DNA from: an uncultured Ignavibacteria bacterium
Lineage (GTDB): Bacteria; Bacteroidota; Ignavibacteria; Tepidaquicellales; OLB5
Direction: 5' to 3'
Length of the DNA: 64,000 nt
NCBI GenBank assembly: GCA_947084945.1
Contig: CAMTUP010000009.1
Coordinates: 334,963 to 398,962 of the forward strand
The notes beneath the pieces are model-generated. The model was not told the origin of the DNA. It saw only the letters and a list, made by a program, of their open reading frames with translations, and did no database searches. Position 1 is the first letter of the stretch. Each line of letters opens with the position of its first letter. A program made the translations under genes and the position numbers. Below, one piece after another: positions 1-9,448 of the stretch.

Positions 1-1
1 T

Positions 2-1708
2 GAACAGGTAGAAAAAGTTAAGAAAGGTGAATTTCCTGATTGGCTGACGGAGGCAATAATTAGCGATCTTAAACTTGCTGATATTAAATCACAGGAATCG
101 AACCGCTCTAGAGCTGGCAATTTAGTTGATGTATTTGTTAAAGATATTCCCTGGATAGATAAAGTTAATAAAATTGACAGGCTATCAAAAATCACCAAAC
201 AGGATTTAATGGATTTTGCAAGTAAAAATTATGGCAATAATTATGTAGTGGTTTACAAAAGAACAGGTGAAGTTAAAAACGTACAGAAAGTTGATAAACC
301 TGTTATAACTCCTGTGGATGTTAACAGGCAGGATAAATCTGATTTCCTGAAACATATTAGCGAAATGCAAACAGAAGATATAAAACCAGTATTTGTTGAT
401 TATAAAAAAGACCTTGTAGAAACAAAGATTAAAAACGATATCCCTCTTTTATACAAGAAGAATGAAGAAAACGGACTTTTTACCCTGAGCATTGCTTACC
501 AGATTGGTGATTTTCATAACAGTAAACTTTCCCTTGCAGCATCTTATTTTTCATATTTGGGTACATCAAAATATTCACCATCTGAGCTAAAGCAGGAATT
601 TTACAAGCTTGGGTGCTCATATTCAATTTCAACCGCTGATGATGAAACCTATATAACTTTAAGCGGGCTAAACGAAAATTTTGATAAAGCATTTGCATTG
701 CTTGAATCTGTAATTAAAGACCTTCAACCCGAAAAGGAAGCACTTAAAAACCTCATATCCGATATACTTAAAGTAAGGGCTGATAATAAGCTGAGCAAAG
801 AAATAATATTATGGGATGCAATGTTTTCATACGGTAAATATGGGGTAATATCGCCATTTACTGATATTCTTACTGAAGAAAAGCTTAAATCTATAGACCC
901 GATGGACCTTATTAATATGCTTAAAGAAATCTCTTCATATAAACAAAAAGTTCTTTATTACGGACCTCTTTCAACAGAAGTTATAACTGAAAAACTTAAC
1001 AATGAATATAATTTACCCGATGGTGGGTTTAAAGAAACACCACAAATTATCAAGTATGAAGAGCTTCCAACAAATGAGAATACTGTATATGTTGTAAACT
1101 ATCCTGATATGGTACAAGCTGAAATATTGATGCTATCTAAAAAAGGAAATTTTGATAAGGATAAAATTCCATACATATCATTATATAATGAATATTTCGG
1201 GGGCGGGATGTCAGGTATTGTTTTTCAGGAATTAAGGGAATCAAAAGCGCTGGCATACAGTACATTTTCATCCTTTACTTCACCTCAAAAAAGAGATAAA
1301 GCTCATTATAACATAGCATATATAGGTACACAATCTGATAAACTTCCTGAGGCAATTTCAAATTTATTCCAACTTTTAAATGATATGCCTGCTTCTGAAA
1401 TTACATATAGTTCAGCAAAGGAAAATATAATTCAAAAGTACAACACTGAAAGAGTTACCAAATCAAGAATACTTTCAAGTTATCTATCAGCACAAAAGCT
1501 TGGACTTGATTACGATATAAGAAAAGATATTTACGAAAAAGCATCGACCTTAACTCTTGAAGATATTCAGAAATTTCAAGTTGATAATGTTAAAGATTCA
1601 AAATACACTATTCTTGTTTTGGGAGATAAAAGTAAGCTTGATATTGAAACACTTCGGAAATATGGAGAAGTTAAGTATTTAACACTGGAAGAAATATTCG
1701 GCTACTAA
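2..1708 (+). CDS. M16 (insulinase/pitrilysin) family peptidase, C-terminal part; 5' end outside window
   Basis: The frame of ORF 209..1708 stays open back to base 2 (EQVEKVKKGEFPDW...). It carries the M16 C-terminal domain signature FGGGMSGIVFQELRESKALAYS. Confidence 0.75.
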   Translation, partial: EQVEKVKKGEFPDWLTEAIISDLKLADIKSQESNRSRAGNLVDVFVKDIPWIDKVNKIDRLSKITKQDLMDFASKNYGNNYVVVYKRTGEVKNVQKVDKPVITPVDVNRQDKSDFLKHISEMQTEDIKPVFVDYKKDLVETKIKNDIPLLYKKNEENGLFTLSIAYQIGDFHNSKLSLAASYFSYLGTSKYSPSELKQEFYKLGCSYSISTADDETYITLSGLNENFDKAFALLESVIKDLQPEKEALKNLISDILKVRADNKLSKEIILWDAMFSYGKYGVISPFTDILTEEKLKSIDPMDLINMLKEISSYKQKVLYYGPLSTEVITEKLNNEYNLPDGGFKETPQIIKYEELPTNENTVYVVNYPDMVQAEILMLSKKGNFDKDKIPYISLYNEYFGGGMSGIVFQELRESKALAYSTFSSFTSPQKRDKAHYNIAYIGTQSDKLPEAISNLFQLLNDMPASEITYSSAKENIIQKYNTERVTKSRILSSYLSAQKLGLDYDIRKDIYEKASTLTLEDIQKFQVDNVKDSKYTILVLGDKSKLDIETLRKYGEVKYLTLEEIFGY

Positions 1709-1789
1709 AATATAGTTCTGAAAATAAATAAGCTGGGTTATTTATCTGGCTGTTTTGTTCACTCTTGACTATCAGAGGCAGCTTGTTAC

Positions 1790-1830
1790 GTTTTTGCCTT
1801 TTTACTTTTGCCTTTTCTTTTTCACGTTCA
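1790..1830 (-). repeat. T-rich / TTCACGT-type 3' element (copy 1), directly after the stop of the 1828..3597 gene
   Basis: It shares the exact 15-mer tgcctttttactttt (1795-1809) and a ttcacgtt motif with 16692..16768. Both copies abut a minus-strand TGA stop. Confidence 0.35.
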
Positions 1831-3597
1831 AGGTTTCACATTAAAGCTCTTTGCCATTGCCTGAATAAAAACACCATCGGGATTAAATTTATAGTTTCGT
1901 CTTATTTCCTCAACAATTCTTTGGGGGTCAGTATAAGTAGCATTCTTTAAAGGCTCTTTATCAAAAATGTAATAATATGGATTTACAAATTTGTATTCAT
2001 ATTGCTCTATAATATTTTTATTCCGGTTATCATTCCTTACAAAAACAAAAGAATTATCATCCCAATAAACAAGTTTCCATTTTTCATTATTTTTAAAAAG
2101 GTAAGAAAGAATTGATGTCTTAAGTTCTATATTATTCCACGGAAGTTTAGGGTAAAACCAGAGGATATAATCAAAATCATAACTTTCAAATTTCTGCTCA
2201 AACCCGGGAAGTTTATTATTAATAGTTTTAAAGTTATAATATATCTCATCACTTAATCCTCTGCTATCAATAAAATTCATAGCACCCGGAATCTCCCATA
2301 TTAAATATCCACCACAACCATAAGTATTAAACGGCTTACTATCCGGCTGGACTATATTATTTTCTTTCAAAAAATTTACAGCCCCAGCAGGATAATTTTT
2401 CTTATCCACTCCAAATCCGGTTTCTCTATCATAATTAAGATATTTATAAATATTGCTTCCTGACAGTAAAATTACAACTGCAAACATTATTACAATCAAT
2501 ATAGGTTTTAATGCTCGATTTCGGAAAAATGACTTTTTTGCAGGATGTATTAATAAACCATCAAGAGCTATGATAATAAATATTGATGATATCAGCATGA
2601 AATCAATGGTAAATCTAGCAGAGCGAAAGGATAGCAGAAGAAATATCAATAAAGTAAGCCCCGAAAAAATATTTCGTTTTCTAATGAAATATATCATTGA
2701 AATTATTGTGCTTGCAATATAGGTATAATAAATATAGATATACATTGTACCTGCAAACAATTTATTGAATGGTGAGCGCCACTCAAAAACATCTTCCATC
2801 ATTTTCATATTCAGATGTGAATACACATAAGTGTATGTATAAATCCCGTGTGGATTAATCAACAATACAGCAATTGAAGCTAAATATATAATGATAATTC
2901 TTTGCAGATCTTTTTTAGTAATTGGGCTTGTTGCTGTATTGAAAATTGTTGGTTTTAAAAATGCAGCAATTTCAGAAATAATAAAAAATGTAAACAAAAC
3001 CATACCCGAAAGAACTCCCATATGCATATTAGCCCATAGCAAAAAGATAATAGGCAACCAGTAAATTAATCTGTTGTTTTTTCTTTTAATATACCGGTAA
3101 TCCAGAAAGATATATAAAGTAAGCGCAGTAAACAGGTAAGAAATAATTTGCGGCTTAATCAGAAACCTTTCAAATAAAGCAAGTATCATTAACAGCAAGA
3201 TAAAGTAAACAATAAAGGAATTATATTTTAATTTCTCTGATATTCGTATGAAAAGGTAAAAAATGAATATAAAAATTATTGACCTGAATACTGAAAGCCC
3301 CGCATAGCCTGTGAACTTATAGATATTGTATGCAAGCACATCAAATCCCCATTCAAAAGGAATCCACTCCTGCCCTTTTGTATAAAAACCAAATACATCG
3401 GTTGATGGTATAACTTTATTTTCTGTAACAAATTTTCCTATTTCCAGATGCCAAAAGATATCATCATCACCGGATATTTTAAAAGTTGTAATAAATAATA
3501 CCAATATTAAAATTGATGCAGGCATTAAATATTTATATATAATAGGGTCAGTATATATTACTGCGGGTTTGAACGATTTATTTTGTTTCTTAACCAT
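1828..3597 (-). CDS. Polytopic inner-membrane protein, possibly a GT-C-fold (ArnT/PMT-like) glycosyltransferase with a C-terminal soluble domain
   Basis: 589-aa ORF with more than 10 hydrophobic segments, an acidic first loop (GDDDIFWHLEIG) and a hydrophilic C-terminal third. The family assignment is tentative. Confidence 0.45.
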   Translation of the reverse strand: MVKKQNKSFKPAVIYTDPIIYKYLMPASILILVLFITTFKISGDDDIFWHLEIGKFVTENKVIPSTDVFGFYTKGQEWIPFEWGFDVLAYNIYKFTGYAGLSVFRSIIFIFIFYLFIRISEKLKYNSFIVYFILLLMILALFERFLIKPQIISYLFTALTLYIFLDYRYIKRKNNRLIYWLPIIFLLWANMHMGVLSGMVLFTFFIISEIAAFLKPTIFNTATSPITKKDLQRIIIIYLASIAVLLINPHGIYTYTYVYSHLNMKMMEDVFEWRSPFNKLFAGTMYIYIYYTYIASTIISMIYFIRKRNIFSGLTLLIFLLLSFRSARFTIDFMLISSIFIIIALDGLLIHPAKKSFFRNRALKPILIVIMFAVVILLSGSNIYKYLNYDRETGFGVDKKNYPAGAVNFLKENNIVQPDSKPFNTYGCGGYLIWEIPGAMNFIDSRGLSDEIYYNFKTINNKLPGFEQKFESYDFDYILWFYPKLPWNNIELKTSILSYLFKNNEKWKLVYWDDNSFVFVRNDNRNKNIIEQYEYKFVNPYYYIFDKEPLKNATYTDPQRIVEEIRRNYKFNPDGVFIQAMAKSFNVKP

Positions 3598-3879
3598 GAA
3601 TTATTGCAAATATAGATTTTTTTTCCAATTAACTAATAAGGAAAAAGAAATCCATCAATTTAAAACTAAAATAGTCTAAAAAGTTAGATTAGTCACTGAC
3701 CCTACTCAATAGTCAAGCTGCCTGCCTTTAGGAAATTGTTTTCAGCATCTAAAGAAACTCGATAATCCTCAAAAAACGAGACTCTGAAACAAGACCAGAT
3801 TGACAAAGAGACCAATTTTGAGTGTTTTGCGTAACGTCAGTTATTTATTATTAACCCATCTTAAGCATATAACATGATT

Positions 3880-3899
3880 CACAGACAGGAATGTCTGTG
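3880..3899. repeat. Perfect 8-bp hairpin with a GGAA tetraloop (CACAGACA-GGAA-TGTCTGTG) in a 625-bp intergenic spacer
   Basis: Read directly from the sequence. It is flanked by direct repeats taacccatcttaagc (3852-3866) / taactcatcttacgc (3904-3918) and cgtcagttatt (3835-3845 / 3952-3962). Confidence 0.6.
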
Positions 3900-4222
3900 T
3901 TACTAACTCATCTTACGCCCTAAAAACAGGTTAGGCGGAAATATTGAGTATCGTCAGTTATTAAGTTAAGAGAATGAATCAATTTTTGCAATTTATTCTA
4001 ATCCTTGCATTCTAATACGTACCAAATACAAATGCAAAAATATTTGATAATTATGTCCATTAGTTTGAGGATGGTATGTATGATTATACATTTTAGAGTA
4101 TTGTGGAATTAATTCTGTAAATTATTGTTTTTTATTTTAAAAGTTATAACAACTGTTTTACTTGTATTCTGACTGTATTCCGCATTTTTACTTTGTTATT
4201 AAAATAGTATAAGGCTATATTT

Positions 4223-5890
4223 ATGTATCCAATGAAAACATTTTCTTTATATTTTGTGCTGTTTTTAGCTTTTTTTGGCAGTTTACGGTCTCAGGATTAC
4301 CCTTCTAACCCTCGTGCAGTTGAACTGTTTATTGAAGCCAAAACTCTTGAACTTAAAGATAACTATCTTGCAGCTATCAGCAAATACAATGAAGCCTTAA
4401 AACTTGATAAAGCTGCGGGAATATATTTTGCTTTAGCAAAACTATACTCAAATGTTACCCAGCATCAAAAATCACTAGAGTATGGACTGGAAGCTATCAA
4501 AATTAACCCTGATAACATTGACTACAAAGAACATGTTGCAGATACTTACATCATTCTGGGCAATTACAACAATGCCCTGAAATACCTGAAAGAAATATCA
4601 GAAAACAGACCTGATGATATCAGCATACTCTATAATATTGGCAGAATGTATGAATCACTTAAAATGCCATCTGAAGCAGTAAAGTATTATGAAAATATCA
4701 CCGAAAATTACATGTATGACGAAACTGTTCTTTTAAGAATGGCGGATATTTATGAATCATTTAAAGATTATGCAAACACTGCAGCAACTGTTGAAAAATT
4801 ACTTGTACTCAATCCTACTGACCTGAACCTGAAATATTCCGCCGCAGCATCTTATGTTAAAGTACCTGATTATGATAATGCAATAAGGATATATGAAGAG
4901 ATATTAAGCTCTAACCCCAATAACAGAGATGTTCAAACAGAAGTTATCAAGTTGTACTTCAGGCAGCACCGGAACAGCGAGGCATTTGAAAAATACAGCA
5001 AACTGATAAACAGGGATAGCATTGACTTTATGACTAAGATGGATGTTGCAATAGCATTCTTACAGGCATCAGCCGAAGATAAAGAAGCTCTTGGAGTTTC
5101 GAGAAATATCCTGCAAAACCTGCAAACTGCCTATCCGGGTGAATGGATGCCTCAATACTACTTAATATATATGGATGCACAGGATAATCCACAGGATGCT
5201 GATACAAGGTTCAGCAACTTGCTTTCAAAAACAGACACTTCTTCTGAACTTTATGTGCAGGTTGGATTTTATTACTATGAAAAAAGTAATTTTAAAAAAT
5301 CGATAGATGTATTCAAACGCGGCACAGAAAAATTCACTGAGGATTTCCGCCTTCAATATCTTACCGGTAATTCATATTACCGACTTGGTGATAACAAGTC
5401 GGCTTTGCCTTACCTTGAAAAGGCTCTTGAATTGAATCCATCTGACGTGAATACATTAAGTAATCTTGGCTTGGTGTATGATGACCTGAAGATGAATACA
5501 GAGTGTTCACGGCTTTATGAGCAGGCATTCAAATATCACCCGGATAATATTCTTCTGCTTAATAATTACGCCTACCATCTTGCTGAAATTGGCGAAAAGT
5601 TACAAGAAGCAAAGGAAATGTCAAAGAAGACAATCCAAAAAGAACCTGATAATGCTTCTTATCTTGATACATACGGCTGGATATTGTTTAAGCTTAAAGA
5701 TTATAAAAATGCCGTATTTTATATTGAAAAAGCAATAAAGGCAGGTAAGAATGAAACCCTGCTTGATCACTTAGGCGATATTTACGAAGCAATGGGCGAA
5801 ATTGTTAAAGCATTAAAAGCATGGAAAGAAGCTTTGCAATTGAATCCAAATAATGATGTAATTAAACAAAAAATAAATAAGTATAAATAA
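4223..5890 (+). CDS. Secreted tetratricopeptide-repeat (TPR) protein
   Basis: N-terminal signal peptide (FSLYFVLFLAFFGSLRS), followed by many 34-aa repeats with the A/Y/L...NP pattern (LKINPDN, LVLNPTD, LELNPSD, LQLNPNN). Confidence 0.8.
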   Translation: MYPMKTFSLYFVLFLAFFGSLRSQDYPSNPRAVELFIEAKTLELKDNYLAAISKYNEALKLDKAAGIYFALAKLYSNVTQHQKSLEYGLEAIKINPDNIDYKEHVADTYIILGNYNNALKYLKEISENRPDDISILYNIGRMYESLKMPSEAVKYYENITENYMYDETVLLRMADIYESFKDYANTAATVEKLLVLNPTDLNLKYSAAASYVKVPDYDNAIRIYEEILSSNPNNRDVQTEVIKLYFRQHRNSEAFEKYSKLINRDSIDFMTKMDVAIAFLQASAEDKEALGVSRNILQNLQTAYPGEWMPQYYLIYMDAQDNPQDADTRFSNLLSKTDTSSELYVQVGFYYYEKSNFKKSIDVFKRGTEKFTEDFRLQYLTGNSYYRLGDNKSALPYLEKALELNPSDVNTLSNLGLVYDDLKMNTECSRLYEQAFKYHPDNILLLNNYAYHLAEIGEKLQEAKEMSKKTIQKEPDNASYLDTYGWILFKLKDYKNAVFYIEKAIKAGKNETLLDHLGDIYEAMGEIVKALKAWKEALQLNPNNDVIKQKINKYK

Positions 5891-5931
5891 TTTTTTTATA
5901 ATAATTCTAAAAGATAAATCTATTAATTCTA

Positions 5932-6882
5932 ATGAGTGAGCAAAATATACATGATGTTATTATTATTGGTTCAGGACCTGCAGGTCTTACAGCAGCGCTT
6001 TATACTGCAAGGGCAAGCCTGAAACCCTTAGTATTTGAAGGAATGCAGCCAGGCGGACAGTTAACAATTACAACTGAAGTTGAAAATTATCCCGGTTTCG
6101 AGCACGGAATTATGGGTCCTGAGCTTATGGATATAATGCGTAAGCAAGCACAAAGATTTGGTGCTGATTGTCAGTTTAAATTTGTTGATAAAGTTGATTT
6201 TTCTGCAAAACCATTCAAGTTATTTGTAGAAAACAAAGAGTACCTTGCAAATGCCGTGATAATTGCAACAGGTGCTTCTGCTAAACTGCTTGGGCTTCCA
6301 TCGGAATCAGAGTTTATGGGTTTTGGTGTATCGGCATGTGCAACCTGCGATGGATTCTTCTTTAAAGACCAGCGCATTATTGTAATTGGCGGCGGAGATA
6401 CTGCAATGGAAGAAGCAAATTACCTAACTAAATTTGGCAAGGAAATAAGTATAATTCACAGAAGAGAAGAATTTAGGGCATCAAAAATAATGCTAGAGCG
6501 TGCAAAAAAGAATCCAAAGATTAAGCTTGTTACCGATACAGTACTTGAAGAAGTAGTTGGCGTTAATGAAAACGGTAAAAAAAGAGTAACTCATGCTAGA
6601 CTTAAAAATGTAAAGACCGGTGAAACAATACTACAGGAAGTTGAAGGTATATTTCTTGGTATAGGTCATAAACCCAATACAGACATATTTAAAGGACAAA
6701 TCGATCTTGAAGATAACGGTTATATTAAGACCAGCAAAGTTAATACATATACAAATATTCCAGGGGTATTTGCATGTGGTGATGCGCAAGATCATGTTTA
6801 CCGCCAGGCTGTTACTGCAGCAGGTTCAGGTTGTATGGCTGCTATTGATGTAGAAAAGTATCTTGAGTCTCTTCACGGTTAA
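5932..6882 (+). CDS. trxB: Thioredoxin-disulfide reductase
   Basis: FAD-binding GSGPAGLTAALYTAR, redox-active CATCDG, NADPH-binding GGGDTAMEEA. The 316-aa length is typical. Confidence 0.95.
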   Translation: MSEQNIHDVIIIGSGPAGLTAALYTARASLKPLVFEGMQPGGQLTITTEVENYPGFEHGIMGPELMDIMRKQAQRFGADCQFKFVDKVDFSAKPFKLFVENKEYLANAVIIATGASAKLLGLPSESEFMGFGVSACATCDGFFFKDQRIIVIGGGDTAMEEANYLTKFGKEISIIHRREEFRASKIMLERAKKNPKIKLVTDTVLEEVVGVNENGKKRVTHARLKNVKTGETILQEVEGIFLGIGHKPNTDIFKGQIDLEDNGYIKTSKVNTYTNIPGVFACGDAQDHVYRQAVTAAGSGCMAAIDVEKYLESLHG

Positions 6883-6908
6883 ATTAATTAATTATTCATA
6901 TTTTTGCA

Positions 6909-6937
6909 GGGATAGGATAAGATCCTATCCCTTTTTT
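6909..6937 (+). terminator. Rho-independent terminator-like hairpin (10-bp perfect stem GGGATAGGAT/ATCCTATCCC, 3-nt loop, T6)
   Basis: Read directly from the sequence. The T-tract ends 1 nt before the priA ATG at 6939. Confidence 0.7.
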
Positions 6938-6938
6938 A

Positions 6939-9446
6939 ATGGCTGAAAAATACGCAAATATAACTTTCAATATTCCCGTAAATTCATTGTTCACATACAG
7001 TGTTCCAAATGAATTTAGCGAGGTAATCCAGCCCGGAATGCGGGTTCTTGCTCCATTCGGGAATAAAGATATTACTGGTATTGTAGTTTCCATGCAGGAT
7101 ACGACCGACCTTAAAAAAGTAAAACCAATCAAAAAGATACTTGATTCTCAACCAGTCATTAATGATGAAATGATAAATTTCTGTAAATGGGTGTCATCTT
7201 ATTATATATGTCCATTGGGAGAAGTAATATTTTCTGCTGTCCCAAAAGGTATCATGGTTGAATCAAAAATACTATATTCTCTTTCTGATGCTATTAGAAA
7301 TATTCCGCTCACACAAAATCAAAAAAGTATTATTGAGCTGTTGAAAGATAGAACTCTCACAATAAAGCAGATTGAAGGCAGATTGAAGACCAATAGTGCA
7401 AGAAGCACAGTTCAATCATTGCTTGCAAAAGGTATTTTAAAACAGGAGCATATAACTTCTAAGGAAACAGCAAAAGCTAAGTTTGAGCGGTATGTGGAAT
7501 TTGACCTGCTTGATGATTTTAAAGATTACACTAAGGAATCACTTAATATTTTCTTCAAGGAAAATAAGTTCCGCTCAACATGCCAGCCAAAAGTTTTAAG
7601 ATACCTGATTGAAAATAATATTGCAGGTGTAAGCGCATCAGACTTATTAAAAAAAACAAAATCCGCCCTATCTGTATTGAAATCACTTGAAAAAAGAGAT
7701 TTTTTAAGATTAACACAAAAACAGGTATATAGAGCAGGTGAACAGGATTTTGCTGATGATAAAAAAATAATTGAACTCAACTCTGACCAGAAAAATGTTT
7801 TAAAGGAAATCCTTGAATCTGAAGGCAAATTCAAAACATTCCTGCTGTTTGGCGTAACAGGCAGCGGTAAGACGCAGGTTTATATTGAAGCAATTCAAAA
7901 TTATATTAATGATGATAAAACAGCAATTGTTTTAGTACCTGAAATTTCATTGACGCCACAGCTCATTCACAGGTTTAAGACTTATTTTGGGGATATTATT
8001 GGCGTAATGCACAGCAAACTTTCTGATGGACAAAGGTTTGATGTCTATCAGAGGATTCGTTCAGGTGAAATTAAAATTGTTATCGGCGCCCGTTCTGCAT
8101 TATTTGCACCACTGGAAAATTTAGGAATAATAATTGTTGATGAAGAGCATGATCATTCATACAAACAGACTGAAAAAAATCCGAAATATAATGCCAGGGA
8201 TTCAGCCATTGTAAGAGCTAAATTAAACAATGCTGTTGTTGTACTCGGTTCAGCAACCCCTTCAATGGAAAGCTATTACAACTACAAAGCAGGTAAGTAT
8301 AGCATACTGGAATTACCTCACCGCGCATTAAAGACTAAACAGCCCAAGGTTGAAATTGTTAACATGCTTGATGAACTCAGGCATCCAACCAAATATAAAA
8401 AATATGAAACACCTGAACAGCGCGTGCTATCTTCAAGGTTAATAAACTACATAGATGCAGCGTTAAAGAGCAAGCAGGCAATTATTTTAATGCAGAACCG
8501 AAGGGGTTACTCAGCATATCAGCAATGCCTTGATTGCGGGACGGTAAAAATGTGCAGGAACTGTGATATTACTATGATATATCACAAACATAAAAACAGC
8601 CTTCGTTGTCATTACTGCGGCTCTGTTGAAAATCTTTTGGTTAATTGTGAAATTTGCGGAAGTAATAATCTGAAATTAGTGGGTGTTGGCACCGAAAAAA
8701 TTGAGGAAGAGATACAAAGGCTTTTTCCTGAAGCCAAAAGCATGAGAATGGATGCTGATACAGTTAAAGGAAAAGATGCTCACAGGAAGATTTTAAAAAG
8801 TTTTCATGAAGGCGAGTTTGATATACTCATTGGCACACAGATGATATCCAAAGGGCTGGACTTCCCGAATGTTTATCTTGTTGGTGTAATATCGGCTGAT
8901 ATAGGGCTTTATATCCCTGATTTCCGCGCATCAGAGAAGACATTCCAGTTACTTATGCAGGTATCGGGACGCTCAGGCAGGATAAGTGATAACGGTAAAG
9001 TTGTTATACAGACAATGAATCCTGATAATTATATTTTCCCGATGGTTGAAAACCATGATTTTGTTACCTTTTTTGATAAGGAAATTAAACACCGCTCAGT
9101 TCACAGCTATCCCCCTTTTTCAAAAATGATATTGATAGAAATATCATCACCATCACAGGTTAATGTTAACAATCACTCATGGAAAATTTATCATTTTTTG
9201 AACGGCAAGATTGTTAATTCCAATAGTAGGGCTTATCTTGAGCTTTTAAAACCGGCACCTGCATTGATTTACAAAATAAAGAATACATTCAGGATGCATA
9301 TAATATTAAAGATACTCAAAGCATCAGGTCAGACTGCTCTAGAGAGCGAAAATATTATTCACGCTCTGAAAGATTTTACCTTACAGCTAAAATTAAAATC
9401 TACCGAAAGAGTTGATATTGATGTTGATCCGTTGAGCTTTTACTAA
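6939..9446 (+). CDS. priA: Primosomal protein N' (replication restart helicase)
   Basis: Walker A GVTGSGKT, DEEHD box, Cys-rich zinc region CLDCG...CRNC...CHYCG...CEICG, 835 aa. Confidence 0.95.
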   Translation: MAEKYANITFNIPVNSLFTYSVPNEFSEVIQPGMRVLAPFGNKDITGIVVSMQDTTDLKKVKPIKKILDSQPVINDEMINFCKWVSSYYICPLGEVIFSAVPKGIMVESKILYSLSDAIRNIPLTQNQKSIIELLKDRTLTIKQIEGRLKTNSARSTVQSLLAKGILKQEHITSKETAKAKFERYVEFDLLDDFKDYTKESLNIFFKENKFRSTCQPKVLRYLIENNIAGVSASDLLKKTKSALSVLKSLEKRDFLRLTQKQVYRAGEQDFADDKKIIELNSDQKNVLKEILESEGKFKTFLLFGVTGSGKTQVYIEAIQNYINDDKTAIVLVPEISLTPQLIHRFKTYFGDIIGVMHSKLSDGQRFDVYQRIRSGEIKIVIGARSALFAPLENLGIIIVDEEHDHSYKQTEKNPKYNARDSAIVRAKLNNAVVVLGSATPSMESYYNYKAGKYSILELPHRALKTKQPKVEIVNMLDELRHPTKYKKYETPEQRVLSSRLINYIDAALKSKQAIILMQNRRGYSAYQQCLDCGTVKMCRNCDITMIYHKHKNSLRCHYCGSVENLLVNCEICGSNNLKLVGVGTEKIEEEIQRLFPEAKSMRMDADTVKGKDAHRKILKSFHEGEFDILIGTQMISKGLDFPNVYLVGVISADIGLYIPDFRASEKTFQLLMQVSGRSGRISDNGKVVIQTMNPDNYIFPMVENHDFVTFFDKEIKHRSVHSYPPFSKMILIEISSPSQVNVNNHSWKIYHFLNGKIVNSNSRAYLELLKPAPALIYKIKNTFRMHIILKILKASGQTALESENIIHALKDFTLQLKLKSTERVDIDVDPLSFY

Positions 9447-9448
9447 TT

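Noticed and set aside
3598-4222. tmRNA, RNase P RNA, SRP RNA or a riboswitch in the large spacer.
   Set aside because: I could not find the conserved cores by eye. There is no GAGGAAAGTCC-type RNase P motif, no tRNA-like 3' end with CCA context, and no recognisable riboswitch consensus. An Infernal scan is needed for a definitive answer.
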